A stretch of DNA of 64,000 nucleotides, from positions 288,001-352,000 of the forward strand of contig CBDBFU010000014.1 in assembly GCA_965205025.1 (NCBI GenBank), read 5' to 3'. The DNA is from Candidatus Poribacteria bacterium. GTDB taxonomy: Bacteria > Poribacteria > WGA-4E > WGA-3G. Positions 42,698 to 53,675 of the stretch are shown piece after piece. The position numbers and the translations under genes are program-made. The notes under the pieces were generated by a model that was given only the letters and a program-made list of their open reading frames with translations, was not told the DNA's origin and ran no database searches. Every line of letters starts with the position of its first letter. Within the stretch, counting starts at the first letter, position 1.

Positions 42698-43026
42698 TAC
42701 CATTTCTGATAATTAAAGTCTCTTTTAATGTAGCATAAACTTCCAGTTTGTGCTTTTCAATGTAGCATAAACTTCCAGTTTGTCCAGTATTTCAAAAAAT
42801 GCTAAACAACTGTTCATGAGGCAAACATTTATAATGAAGTATAAGAAAATATTTCGGTAATTCTAATTTTCCCAAACCCGGTAGGCGGGGAATGCCCTAA
42901 GGCATTCATACCGTTGATTTGGCGGTTTCCTAACCACGGGGAATGCTAAATAGCATTCATACCGTTGATTTGGATATTTCTCCAAAATTACCGAATAAAT
43001 AAATTAATCTTCATTAGAAATGGTAT
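42698..43026. mobile_element. Nested MITE (outer TIR ATACCATTTCT / AGAAATGGTAT; inner ATGAAG...CTTCAT carrying a REP with two hairpin inserts)
   Basis: TIR pairs read directly; homologous arrangements at 51857-52088 and 49329-49414. Confidence 0.65.
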
Positions 43027-43066
43027 AATATAGAAAATTCATACAAAATATAATTTGGAGACTGAA

Positions 43067-45940
43067 ATGAAAAAAATAACTACATCAATAATCATCGGAA
43101 TTACATTTCTCTTAATTACTTCAATCACCATAGCACAAGAGAAATGGGAAATAAATATGAGGAAAGACTTTGAGAAAGTGTTGAAAACAAATAAGAACGC
43201 AACAGAGAAACATAGAGATTTAATAGATAAGTGGAAAGAGGAAGGACACCTGGCTGATCTTACAACTCTATATGAATCTGAAAAACCGAATAAACAAGAT
43301 GATGCTCCATTCTTCTATGGATTAGGTTATGTCTATGTTCTTACAAATCCAAATCTCAAAGCAACTACCGATGAAAAGGCAATTCACAATTTTGAAACTG
43401 CAATACAGATTGATCCTTCCCTTTTTTGGGCACATTATAGTTTAGGGGCTGTCTTTAAAAAGCAGGAAAGATATGATGAAGCCTTAGCAAAATTTAAGAC
43501 CTGTCTCACACTCAACCCAGACTATTATCCTGCACATTACTATATCGGTGAAATACAACTGAAACAGGGGAATCATTCTGACGCACTTTCTTCATTTCAA
43601 TTCGCTCAATCCTTGAATCCTAAATGGGAATACCCAATTTATGGAACAGGTTTAGTTTATCTTGACCAAGGTGATCGAAATCAAGCACGAGAAACTTTTG
43701 AACGTGCAATTCAATATAATCCAAAATTTGCACCTGCATATATTAAATTAGGACAAATCCTTGCAATGGATAAATTCTATGATGATGCACTGCAAGAATA
43801 TCAGAAATCATCTGAATACCAACCCTATACAGGAAATGATGTTTTTGAGTTAGCGGTCATTTTTGCTGATACTGGAAATGCAGATGGAGCTATACAATTA
43901 TATCAACGAACTCTTGAACTCGATCCTACTCACGCTCCCGCACATTTGGCAGTTGCTGATATTTTATATTCTCAAGGTGATACGAAAACTGCTGCCATTC
44001 ACTACCAAAAGGCAATTGAGCAAGACCCCACACTCAAAGATCATATCTTTAAACCCTTAGAACCATATTATGTTGGAATTATGAGTGCGGAGGAAGCACG
44101 CCAACATCTCGAAAAAATTATGTCTATATTACCTAATGACCCTCGACCTTATTTCTATTTAGGTAAATTGGAAGCAGATTCTGGGAATATACCACAGGCA
44201 ATTGAAAACTACAATAAGACACGGGAAATTGTAGAATTAGAACCCAATTTTCTGGAGATGGAACTACCACTTGGACAATTTAATGATGTCTATTTTATTC
44301 TCGGTGAACTTTATTATAAACAAGATAAGAAAGAAGAAGCATCGATTAATTTTAAACGTGCATTACAAGTGGATCCAACCCTAAGAACACGATTCTTGGA
44401 TGAAGGTAAAAATGCCTTTGATAATGAAAATTATAAAGAGTCTATTCTTCCGTTAAACAAACACCTACTTCTTTTTCCAAATGAAATAAAGGCAATCTAC
44501 CTGTTAGGACAGAGTTACGAAGCAGATGGAAATACGGAAAATGCTCTCCAATATTATAATAGGTCTATTGAATTGGATCCAAACAGATCTGATATTTTAT
44601 ATAAGATGGTACATATTTATCGAGAAACTGAATCACATCAGAATGCACTCGATACATTAAAGAAACTAATTATTTTAGATGCGAATGATTCTGAAGCACA
44701 CTACCTATCTGCCCTAACATATCTATCATTAGGTAATCAAGAAGAAGCCTTGAATGCTTTTCTGGAGACTATAAGATTGACGCCTGACAATGTGGCTGCA
44801 CAATATCAAACTGGATTGCTATATGAAGACAAAGGTGATCTGGACAATGCGCTTATATATTATGAAGAAACTATAAAATTAGATCCTGAAAACCCAGAAC
44901 CCTTTTTCAAACTCGGTGCTATCTATTTAAATCGTAATGATGAAGATAATATGATTAGAATTTATGAACCTGCGTTAATACTGGAACCCAACCATCCTGA
45001 GATACATTATAAGATGGCTACAATCTTTGAAAAACGGAGTAAAACTGATTCGGAAGGATTCAATTCTGATATTATACTCAAAGCTTTTCATCACTACGGC
45101 TTAGCAAATGAACATGATCCAGAACAATATGAGTGGCATTACCAATTCGCCAGATTATTGGATACCTACGCAGAAACACTTGAGGATTTTGTGAAATACG
45201 CTGAAATGGCTGTTAGTGAATATACGACAACTATTGCTCTCAAACCAGATTTTGCTGATGCATACTACTATAGAGCAATGATTACAAATCGCTATAAACG
45301 TATTGGTGAAAAACTTTACAGAAGTAGTCAGATCCTTGAAGATTTTAACCAAGTTGTTGAATTAGATCCAAAGAACGTTGACGCGTTATTCCATATTGGA
45401 ACACTTCAACTTTGGATTGAAAAATACAAACTCGCAGAAGAGACTTTTAAGAAGGTCATCAAACTTGATCCAACCTATAAAGGTGTCCATTCTCAATTAG
45501 GAGAACTTGCTGAAAGAAATCAGGAGTTTAAGAAAGCTATTCAATTATATGAAAAAGAGTTAACCTTAGATGATAAGGCAGTTGTCGCATATCAACGCCT
45601 CGGTGATCTTTATTACAATTCTGAAATGCAATTGAATAAAGCTAATGATATGTTAGAAAAGGCACTTGAGCTTAGTGAGAGACATGTTCCTACAATTCTT
45701 GTTTATGCAAATGTTCTGTATAGTATGGACAAACTCGGAGCAGCTGCAGATCAATTTGAACGGGCAATTCAATTTGAGCCACGCAATCTAACAGCAAACT
45801 ATAATCTTGCATTAATGTATCAATATTCTGAACGTATTAAATTAGCTACAGAACAATGGAAGCATTTTCTGACATTGAACCCTCCAGAACAGTGGAAAAT
45901 AGAAGCAGAAAACAATCTTAGAGATATTGAAAACAAATAA
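43067..45940 (+). CDS. Secreted multi-TPR protein
   Basis: Signal peptide from ATG 43067; many AxxxLG...A...(L/I)DP TPR repeats. Confidence 0.9.
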   Translation: MKKITTSIIIGITFLLITSITIAQEKWEINMRKDFEKVLKTNKNATEKHRDLIDKWKEEGHLADLTTLYESEKPNKQDDAPFFYGLGYVYVLTNPNLKATTDEKAIHNFETAIQIDPSLFWAHYSLGAVFKKQERYDEALAKFKTCLTLNPDYYPAHYYIGEIQLKQGNHSDALSSFQFAQSLNPKWEYPIYGTGLVYLDQGDRNQARETFERAIQYNPKFAPAYIKLGQILAMDKFYDDALQEYQKSSEYQPYTGNDVFELAVIFADTGNADGAIQLYQRTLELDPTHAPAHLAVADILYSQGDTKTAAIHYQKAIEQDPTLKDHIFKPLEPYYVGIMSAEEARQHLEKIMSILPNDPRPYFYLGKLEADSGNIPQAIENYNKTREIVELEPNFLEMELPLGQFNDVYFILGELYYKQDKKEEASINFKRALQVDPTLRTRFLDEGKNAFDNENYKESILPLNKHLLLFPNEIKAIYLLGQSYEADGNTENALQYYNRSIELDPNRSDILYKMVHIYRETESHQNALDTLKKLIILDANDSEAHYLSALTYLSLGNQEEALNAFLETIRLTPDNVAAQYQTGLLYEDKGDLDNALIYYEETIKLDPENPEPFFKLGAIYLNRNDEDNMIRIYEPALILEPNHPEIHYKMATIFEKRSKTDSEGFNSDIILKAFHHYGLANEHDPEQYEWHYQFARLLDTYAETLEDFVKYAEMAVSEYTTTIALKPDFADAYYYRAMITNRYKRIGEKLYRSSQILEDFNQVVELDPKNVDALFHIGTLQLWIEKYKLAEETFKKVIKLDPTYKGVHSQLGELAERNQEFKKAIQLYEKELTLDDKAVVAYQRLGDLYYNSEMQLNKANDMLEKALELSERHVPTILVYANVLYSMDKLGAAADQFERAIQFEPRNLTANYNLALMYQYSERIKLATEQWKHFLTLNPPEQWKIEAENNLRDIENK

Positions 45941-46019
45941 AAAACATGTCAGATATCTCTAATTTCGAACTAATTAAAAATTTACCACATGTCTATGGAT
46001 ACAGACAATAAATCTTCAA

Positions 46020-46130
46020 CATTTCCTCTTAAAGTCCCCCTGATAAGGGGGATTTAGGGGGTTAAAAACATTAAATAAACGATTTTATATGCAAATATAT
46101 CCGTTCTCCGTTCAAATTGCATTTGTCCTG
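46020..46130 (+). mobile_element. Truncated copy of the IS701-derived MITE
   Basis: CTTAAAGTCCCCCTGATAAGGGGGATTTAGGGGGTTAAAA matches 41562-41601; degenerate right TIR (TGCATTTGTCCTG). Confidence 0.65.
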
Positions 46131-46155
46131 TTAATTATCAAACTCACGTTACAAC

Positions 46156-46845
46156 ATGTCTATAAATTCAGACAATAAATCTTCAACATTTCCATTGACA
46201 CATTTTCAGGAAACACTTAATACAGATCTGATTGGCAGGTCTGGCATACAATTCTACAATGAAGTATCATCAACAAACGATGCTGCAATCCAGCAAGGTA
46301 AGATGTATGGAGCACAGGAAGGAAAACTTTTCATAGCTGATTACCAAACTGCCGGACGCGGACGATATGGTCGCAAATGGAATGCTTTACATGGGAAGTG
46401 TCTCTTAGTTTCTATTATCTTTACACATCGTCTGAAAAAGGATGAAGTACATTTACCCAATCTGATAGGGGCACTCTCTATCGCACAAGCCATCAGTTCA
46501 TTTTTGACCCTACATGCAAGGATAAAACATCCAAACGATGTCCGTATAAATAAAAAGAAAGTTGCTGGAGTCTTAACCGAGATTCAATATGATAAAAACA
46601 AACATCCATTTTTCGTATTAGGTTTTGGGGTCAATGTCAATATCACATTACAGGAATTTCCAACTTCGCTCCAAAAAACTGCAACATCATTATTCATAGA
46701 ATCTAAACTTCAAAATGATGATATGTGTAGAGGGGAAATACTCAATCAGATTTTGACCTATCTTGAGAAAAATTATCTTCTTCTAAAATCCGGAAATGTC
46801 CAGCAAATCAAATCTGATTTAAGTAAGTGGGAAGAGGTATCATGA
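46156..46845 (+). CDS. birA: Biotin--[acetyl-CoA-carboxylase] ligase without an HTH domain
   Basis: SSTND, QTAGRGRYGRKW, IKHPNDV, KKVAGVLTE, GFGVNVN. Confidence 0.9.
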   Translation: MSINSDNKSSTFPLTHFQETLNTDLIGRSGIQFYNEVSSTNDAAIQQGKMYGAQEGKLFIADYQTAGRGRYGRKWNALHGKCLLVSIIFTHRLKKDEVHLPNLIGALSIAQAISSFLTLHARIKHPNDVRINKKKVAGVLTEIQYDKNKHPFFVLGFGVNVNITLQEFPTSLQKTATSLFIESKLQNDDMCRGEILNQILTYLEKNYLLLKSGNVQQIKSDLSKWEEVS

Positions 46846-47279
46846 AAATCATTGTCAGTGCATGCCTTCTTGGCACAAATTGTCGCTATGACGGTGGGAA
46901 CAGTAAAAACTTGAAGGTAATAAACCTGACTAAGAAAGATGACCTAATACCTGTGTGTCCAGAAGAAGCAGGAGGGTTACCTACTCCTCGTCCCGCAGTT
47001 GAAATCGTCGGTGGGGATGGTGATGATGTCTTGGATGGAAAGGCGAAAGTACTTACATCAGATGGAGAAGATAAAACAGCTGAATTCATAAAAGGTGCAC
47101 AATATGCTCTCGAATTGATCCAATCTGAAGGAGCAACGAAAGTAATACTTAAATCAAGAAGTCCATCATGTGGTTGTGGAGAAATCTATGACGGATCGTT
47201 TTCTGGATCTCTCATTTCAGGAAATGGAGTCACGACTGCTCTCTTAAAAAGACATGGAATAGAGGTAATTTCAATATAA
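46842..47279 (+). CDS. DUF523 family protein (2-thiouracil desulfidase-like, Fe-S)
   Basis: VSACLLG.NCRYDG, VCPE..GGLPTPRP, LKSRSPSCG. Confidence 0.88.
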   Translation: MKIIVSACLLGTNCRYDGGNSKNLKVINLTKKDDLIPVCPEEAGGLPTPRPAVEIVGGDGDDVLDGKAKVLTSDGEDKTAEFIKGAQYALELIQSEGATKVILKSRSPSCGCGEIYDGSFSGSLISGNGVTTALLKRHGIEVISI

Positions 47280-47300
47280 AGACCTGAATTTGAAATATAC

Positions 47301-48074
47301 CTATCCCATCAACTTAATTATCTGTTCACCAATTTCTGGACTTCGCATCAGTGATTCCCCCACCAATATAGCATTTAAACCAACCTGTTCTAACTTTTTT
47401 ACATCCTCACGTGAAAGAATGCCACTTTCACTAATGACAACTTTATCGTCCGGTATTAATTCATACAATCTAAATGTTGTTTCCAAATCTGTATGAAATG
47501 TCTTCAAATTCCTATTATTTATCCCAATAATCTCAGCACCTACATCTAAAGCAATTTCAAGATCTTCTTCTGTATGGACTTCAACAACAGATGCCATAGT
47601 GAGAGATGAAGCAATATCTATAAATTCTTGTAATTGACTTGATGTTAATGCAGCAACAATTAAGAGAATAGCATCCGCCCCTCCAACGCGAGCTTGATAA
47701 ATGTGGTACGGATCAATAGTGAAATCTTTTCTCAGTAAAGGTACATCAACAACTTCTCTAATTGAGGTAAGATAATCAAGTTTACCATCAAAGAATCTTA
47801 CATCAGTCAATACAGATATAGCAGCAGCACCATATTCAGCATAGGTTTCAGCAATTCGAATAGGATCAAATGACGCACGGATAATACCCTTACTCGGAGA
47901 TTTCTTCTTAACCTCGGCTATAAGGCTCATCTCCTCAGTTATTGAAATTGCTTCCATAAAGTCTTTCGTTGGGTGAATGGAGTTTAACTTACTATGTAGT
48001 GTCGAAAGTGGCACTGAATTCTTATCAAATTCCAATTCTTTCAGTTTATGTCCAATTATTGTTTCTAATATCAA
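47301..48074 (-). CDS. trpC: Indole-3-glycerol-phosphate synthase
   Basis: IAEVKKKSPSKG, LLRKDF, IGINNRNL, ISESGI, LVGESLM. Confidence 0.96.
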   Translation of the reverse strand: MILETIIGHKLKELEFDKNSVPLSTLHSKLNSIHPTKDFMEAISITEEMSLIAEVKKKSPSKGIIRASFDPIRIAETYAEYGAAAISVLTDVRFFDGKLDYLTSIREVVDVPLLRKDFTIDPYHIYQARVGGADAILLIVAALTSSQLQEFIDIASSLTMASVVEVHTEEDLEIALDVGAEIIGINNRNLKTFHTDLETTFRLYELIPDDKVVISESGILSREDVKKLEQVGLNAILVGESLMRSPEIGEQIIKLMG

Positions 48075-48132
48075 TGGAATACCTACTTTATAAATTTAAA
48101 TCATGATATTGACCTAAACATTTTATTTTAGA

Positions 48133-49143
48133 TTACTCGTTTGAAATCACCCTTAATTCTTCAAGTTTTTCAAAAGCACGTCCTGAATCAATCGAATCAA
48201 TTGCCAGTTTCATTCCCACCTCAAGGTTTTCTGCCTTTCCACCTGCAACAATTGCAGCCCCAGCATTTAATAAAACTATATCACGTTTAGGTCCCATTTG
48301 ACCCTTTAGTATATTCGTGGTAATTTCAGCATTCTCTTCAGGTGTACCACCAAGGAGTGATTCTTGTTCTGTCTTTGGGATACCAAGCGTTGTCGGATCA
48401 AGTGTGTATGTATTCACATCACCATTCTTTAATTCCGATATTCGAGTTGTTGTTGTAGTAGTAATTTCATCTAACCCATCAGCACCGTGGACAATAAATG
48501 CATGTATTGTACCAAGATTCTTAAGCACATGTGCATGTGTTTCAGTAAGTTCAGAAGAATATACTCCTAATACTTGAGCCTTTGCACCTGCAGGATTTGT
48601 CAGAGGACCAATAGCATTGAATATCGTTCGAATCCCAATTTCTCTCCTCGGACCGATAGCATGTTTCATCGCACCATGTAATAGTGGGGCAAACAGAAAA
48701 CCAACCCCTACTTCATCAATACACTTTCCAACCTGTTCGGGGGATATCTCAATGTTTACACCAAGAGCCATTAACACATTAGCACTTCCACTTTGACGAG
48801 TTACACCTCTATTCCCATGTTTTGCAACTGAAATACCTGCACCAGCAACCACAAAAGCAGAGGTTGTTGATATATTAAATGAATGTAATCCTGTACCTCC
48901 TGTACTACAAGTATCAACAACAAGAGGATGTTTTGTAGTAATCTTTGTTGCTTTTTCACGCATCACGCGCACTGCCCCAGTAATTTCTTCTACTGTCTCT
49001 CCTTTCAGTCGCAAGGCAGTAAGAAAACACGCAATTTGGGCATCTGTGGCATCCCCTTCCATGATTTCACTCATGGCTCCAACCATTTCTACTTCTTCTA
49101 AGTCGTTCCCCTCAACAACCTTCTGTATTGCATCTTGGATCAC
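48133..49143 (-). CDS. trpD: Anthranilate phosphoribosyltransferase
   Basis: DTCSTGG...FNIST, AKHGNR, GPLTNPA, HGADGLDE. Confidence 0.96.
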   Translation of the reverse strand: MIQDAIQKVVEGNDLEEVEMVGAMSEIMEGDATDAQIACFLTALRLKGETVEEITGAVRVMREKATKITTKHPLVVDTCSTGGTGLHSFNISTTSAFVVAGAGISVAKHGNRGVTRQSGSANVLMALGVNIEISPEQVGKCIDEVGVGFLFAPLLHGAMKHAIGPRREIGIRTIFNAIGPLTNPAGAKAQVLGVYSSELTETHAHVLKNLGTIHAFIVHGADGLDEITTTTTTRISELKNGDVNTYTLDPTTLGIPKTEQESLLGGTPEENAEITTNILKGQMGPKRDIVLLNAGAAIVAGGKAENLEVGMKLAIDSIDSGRAFEKLEELRVISNE

Positions 49144-50464
49144 CTAAACACCTCCATAGTTAACCATATATCATACATTGTAGTAAACCATCATATTATA
49201 ACCAAAAAACACCTATAATTCAAGAATAGATACACATATTCTCCTCTTCTCTTCTGTAGGAGCGATTTCCGATTCCCAACTCTCCTCTTCTGTAGGAGCG
49301 ATCTCCGAGATTCAAAAAAATACCTCTTTGTACCACAAACTTTCAGTTTGTGACCTGAAAAATGACTAATATAATAACCGCCTAATGAGACAATAATTTA
49401 TGGAAATGGTATAAGAACATAATAACCAAAATTATTGAAGAAAACCAAATCATAATACAACTAAAGATATAAATAACATCAGTTTGATAATAAAAAATGT
49501 CAGTTCGATAGACAGAATTTTGTCCTGAAGATAGTCTTTGTAGCACAAACTTTCCAGTTTGTGCACTCTGGTGTTAACTAAAGGTTCGGGTTACAATATA
49601 ATAATACAATCAAACATAGAAAAAATAGCGATGGGCTTCAATGGTCAGAAGATACAGAAAAACCAGAAAAGAACACAAAAATCAAAATTCTCAAATTTCA
49701 TGAAAATAACCATAAACCCAGTCTACTACAAGGATTAGAACAATATTACAAAGTTACACCATGTAACGAAAAGTGTAACTTTTTCATTTTACTCTCTTTC
49801 GTTTTACTAAAGAGTATCACATTAATACAGTTCCTCTTCGTAGGGACGGGGTCTCCCCGTCCGTATTTTCGATATATTATACCTGGCAAGAACAATGAAT
49901 CCTCCAAATCTATGATTAATGGGGTATGTTCTAATGTCTTGTCAAAATGGATGGAGAAGATAAATTACATTCAAACAATCCAAAATTTATGGATTAGCGG
50001 AAAAGCAAAAGACACAAAATTCATCATTTTAGAGAATTCTCGTAACCTTAAAAAAGTGGCTATGAACATAGTGTAGTACTGACGGGATAGAGGTTTTATC
50101 AATGTCACACCATGTGACAAAAAGTGTAACAATTTAAACTAATAGATAATATATATATTGCAATTTGTAAACCATTAAAAAGGGGTGCGTAAAGTAATTG
50201 TCACTTTACTTAACACCAATGAAATCTCAATTCCAATTCATACAGTCTGAATTTCGAGATTTACAGCTTATTTTTCACTACTATAATTTTGACAATTCTA
50301 TTTCAGGGAAACTGAGAATCTAATGATAAGTCTATTTTTTGGAGTTTTCTATATCAAAAATACCGTACTCCAGCGGAGTACTATGTCTATAGAAAACAAT
50401 ATCGGAACAATCTGGTACTCCAGATGAAGTTAAAAAAATAAATAGGTAATTTGGACCCAGAGCT

Positions 50465-51020
50465 GGTAGGTGCGGTTTCCTAACCACGGGGAATGCTAAA
50501 TAGCATTCATACCGTTGATCCATAGGCGTCAATTTAAGGAGAAGTACGCTATAAATTTCAGGTCGGTAGGTTCGGTTTCCTAACCGAACCGGGTTTGTTC
50601 CAATTGCGTTCATAAAGTTTTTCGCGAAGGATCCAGTGCGATTAGGAAATCGCACTATTAGCGTCAATTTAGACTATGATTTATTGGTTTTGAGTCCCGG
50701 GGAATGCCTAAATGGCATTCATACCGTTGATTTGGTAGGGACGGAATGTCTATAGAAGTGGTTATCACCAATATCCCAAGCCCCGGTGAATGCCATAAGG
50801 CATTCATACCGTTGATTCGCGGGGCGAAAGGTTTGTAGAAAACGTAATAAACACAAAACACTAAGCCCCGGGGAATGACTAAATGTCATTCATACCGTTG
50901 ATTCGCGGGGCGAAAGGTGTATCCTAAATTGATGCCTATGGTGCGATTAGGAAATCGCACCTACCGGCCTGGGAAAACCACTAAATTGACGCCTATAGTG
51001 CGGTTTCCTAACCGCACCGG
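50465..51020. repeat. Dense REP/MITE cluster with four hairpin inserts
   Basis: GTAGGTGCGGTTTCCTAACCGCAC REPs in both orientations; TIR pair CATAGGCGTCAATTTA / TAAATTGATGCCTATG (50521-50940). Confidence 0.75.
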
Positions 51021-51856
51021 ATTCTACAAGAAACTGGAAATTACCCGAATAAATTCTTTAACTTCATGCGGAGTGCTATGCCCAAATACACTATGGATGA
51101 AAAACATATAAGTACATAATACACACTTAAGTTATAATATGGTTAACGTATGTGATTCACGGAAAATTGGTATAATTGAAATTATAAACCCTTATAGGAT
51201 AAGGGCTCGTAAAATTGCTCCGTGAAGGTTTCCGTGAAAGTGCTATCATTTCAAAACGATAGATATTAACACTTTTTTACATTCACATTATCCATTCATC
51301 CAACAGAATTAGGTGTTCGATCTCACATTGAAAGCAAGAGTAACATTGTTTGTAAAATGATTTCCGAGATAAATATTGGGATCCACATACTATTGCAGCG
51401 TAATGGTTAGTGGCAAATACTTTACATACCCCTAAACATTCTGATTCTGGTAATGTATAGAGTATTGTGATATACTTACTTCAATGAAGTAATGTATGTT
51501 TTTGTCATTTTAGTTGGAACATAGATAACTCTATTGATTACTCATACTGAAGAATTATCTTAATATTAAATGAAAACAAGATCAGAACTCCCATCTTCCA
51601 CGCCTCTTGATATCCGTCACCTATTCAACAATTCGAATATCCAATTCCTACATCCAGTCGGATGGCAACTGCTTCCCCCAACCAACATGGGTTTATATAT
51701 CAAGCGGAAGCAATTCATAGATGTCTCGCTGCTGGATTACATCAGTGTCCACAATACAACAAGGAAGAATCACTTCATTCGATGAATCTATTAACGGAGA
51801 TTAATTCATCAAGATTCTCAAAGCAGTGATATTGGAAATATATTCAATTAACCTAA

Positions 51857-52088
51857 TACCATTTCTAATTGAAAATGTCTCTTTTTTGTACCACAAACTT
51901 TATGAGGATTAAATAAATAGTTCTGTAAGCCTAATTTTCCCAAACCCGGTAGGTGCGGTTTCCTAACCGCACTGAATATTTCTCCAAAACTGCCGAATTA
52001 AATAATTAATCTTTATTCAGTTTGTGACCTGAAAAATGACTACCATAATAACCACCTAATGATATAATAATTTATAGAAATAGTATAA
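51857..52088. mobile_element. Nested MITE carrying a REP with no hairpin insert
   Basis: ATACCATTTCT...AGAAATAGTAT outer ends; inner element 51902-52016 splits GTACCACAAACTTTCAGTTTGTG, which is intact at 49330. Confidence 0.65.
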
Positions 52089-52157
52089 GTTATCAATACA
52101 GTAAAATTCTATTGTGCCAAATTTTGTATGCAATAAAATTATGAATTAGGAAGTAAT

Positions 52158-53492
52158 ATGAACAAACCAAATATAATCTATATTCATTCTCATGATACTG
52201 GACGATATGTACAACCCTATGGTCACGCGATTCCTACGCCAAACATTCAAAAATTAGCCGAAGAAGGTGTCCTATTCAGAAATGCCTTCTGTGCAAATCC
52301 AACATGTTCACCTTCTCGCGCATCACTTCTAACTGGACAGTGGGCACATAGTTGTGGCATGGGTGGTTTAGCAAATCGAGGATGGAGTTTACCTGTTCCT
52401 GAACATCTCATACCTCATACTTTAAATAGTGCAGGTTATGAAACTGCATTAGCAGGATTCCAGCATGTCGTACGCAACGTTGAGGATACAGGTTATCAAC
52501 GGATCTTATCAAAAGAATATGGAAAGTCAGGGGCTGAAGAACGTGCATGTGCATTTCTATCTGAAAAGCATAATTCTCCCTTCTTCTTAGATATCGGGTT
52601 TGGAGAAACACACAGGAAGGCAAAAGGTTTTGATCCACCCCCAGACGGTGAACCGAAAACCGATCCACGTTATGTGAAACCACCACCGACCTTCCCAGAT
52701 ACACCTGATACAAGAAAAGATATGGCAGAATACATCGATTCAGCGCGCAGATTAGATTGGAAAATGGGGAAGGTATTTGATACTTTAGAGAATAATGGAC
52801 TCGCAGAAAACACTTTGGTGATATGTACAACTGACCACGGTCTGGCTTTCCCTCGAATGAAATGTCATGTCACTGATCACGGTATCGGTGTAATGCTAAT
52901 TATACGGGGTCCCGGTGGTTTTGATGACGGTAAAGTGATTGATGGATTGGTCAGTCAGATAGATCTATTCCCAACTATCTGTGAATTAGCAGAAATTGAT
53001 CCACCGGACTGGTTACAAGGATATTCTGTTTTGCCACTTGTAGGTGGTAAAGAGAATGAAATCAGAGACGCTATCTATGCAGAGGTAAATTACCACTGTT
53101 GCTATGAACCACAACGAGCAATCCGCACCAAACGATGGAAATATATCCGTCGATATGATAACGCTAAACTGTGGGCATTACCAAACTGTGATGATAGTAT
53201 CAGTAAGACATTTATGATGGATAACGGTTGGACAGATCAACCAGTGGAATCTGAACGCTTGTATGATGTTGTATTTGATTCCTCAGAAGCACATAATCTT
53301 GCTGAAGATCCTGAGTATAATGATGTATTGCTTGAGATGCGTGGAAAATTGGAACAGTGGAGATCTGAAACAAACGATCCAGTTACTGACACCCAAATTA
53401 TGATACCGCCTGATACAGCAGTACTCAATGACCCATCAGATGTTTCTCCTGGAGACAAACATTATCCTGCATCAGAGATAGTAAATAATTGA
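52158..53492 (+). CDS. Cys-type (FGly) sulfatase, resembling N-sulfoglucosamine sulfohydrolases
   Basis: KPNII, CSPSRASLLTG, TTDHG, SQIDLFPTI. Confidence 0.92.
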   Translation: MNKPNIIYIHSHDTGRYVQPYGHAIPTPNIQKLAEEGVLFRNAFCANPTCSPSRASLLTGQWAHSCGMGGLANRGWSLPVPEHLIPHTLNSAGYETALAGFQHVVRNVEDTGYQRILSKEYGKSGAEERACAFLSEKHNSPFFLDIGFGETHRKAKGFDPPPDGEPKTDPRYVKPPPTFPDTPDTRKDMAEYIDSARRLDWKMGKVFDTLENNGLAENTLVICTTDHGLAFPRMKCHVTDHGIGVMLIIRGPGGFDDGKVIDGLVSQIDLFPTICELAEIDPPDWLQGYSVLPLVGGKENEIRDAIYAEVNYHCCYEPQRAIRTKRWKYIRRYDNAKLWALPNCDDSISKTFMMDNGWTDQPVESERLYDVVFDSSEAHNLAEDPEYNDVLLEMRGKLEQWRSETNDPVTDTQIMIPPDTAVLNDPSDVSPGDKHYPASEIVNN

Positions 53493-53522
53493 GGGAAATT
53501 ACTTAGTCTGGAATCGTTACAA

Positions 53523-53675
53523 TAACGTGAGTTTGATAATAGGCAAATAAGCTTTATTTTTCAAAAATATTACTTCTATACGCCCGGTAGGTGCGGTTTC
53601 CTAACCACGGGAATGCTAAATAGCATTCATACCGTTGATTCAAACATAAAAATCTGATTTTTCAAACTCACGTTA
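53523..53675. mobile_element. 153-bp MITE carrying a REP and a hairpin insert
   Basis: TIRs TAACGTGAGTTTGA / TCAAACTCACGTTA flanked by CAA on both sides; solo right end at about 46138-46151. Confidence 0.7.

Noticed and set aside
40997-51111. ORFs 40997-41233, 50332-50667, 50664-50861 and 50917-51111
   Set aside because: Made up entirely of REP/MITE sequence, with no protein-family signal.
51108-51137. dif-like XerCD site (GTACATAA-TACACAC-TTAAGTTATAA)
   Set aside because: 7-nt rather than 6-nt spacer and a poor XerD arm; likely chance in AT-rich DNA.
51570-51785. 71-aa ORF in the intergenic gap
   Set aside because: No RBS or recognisable motif; at most a decayed gene fragment that could not be identified.
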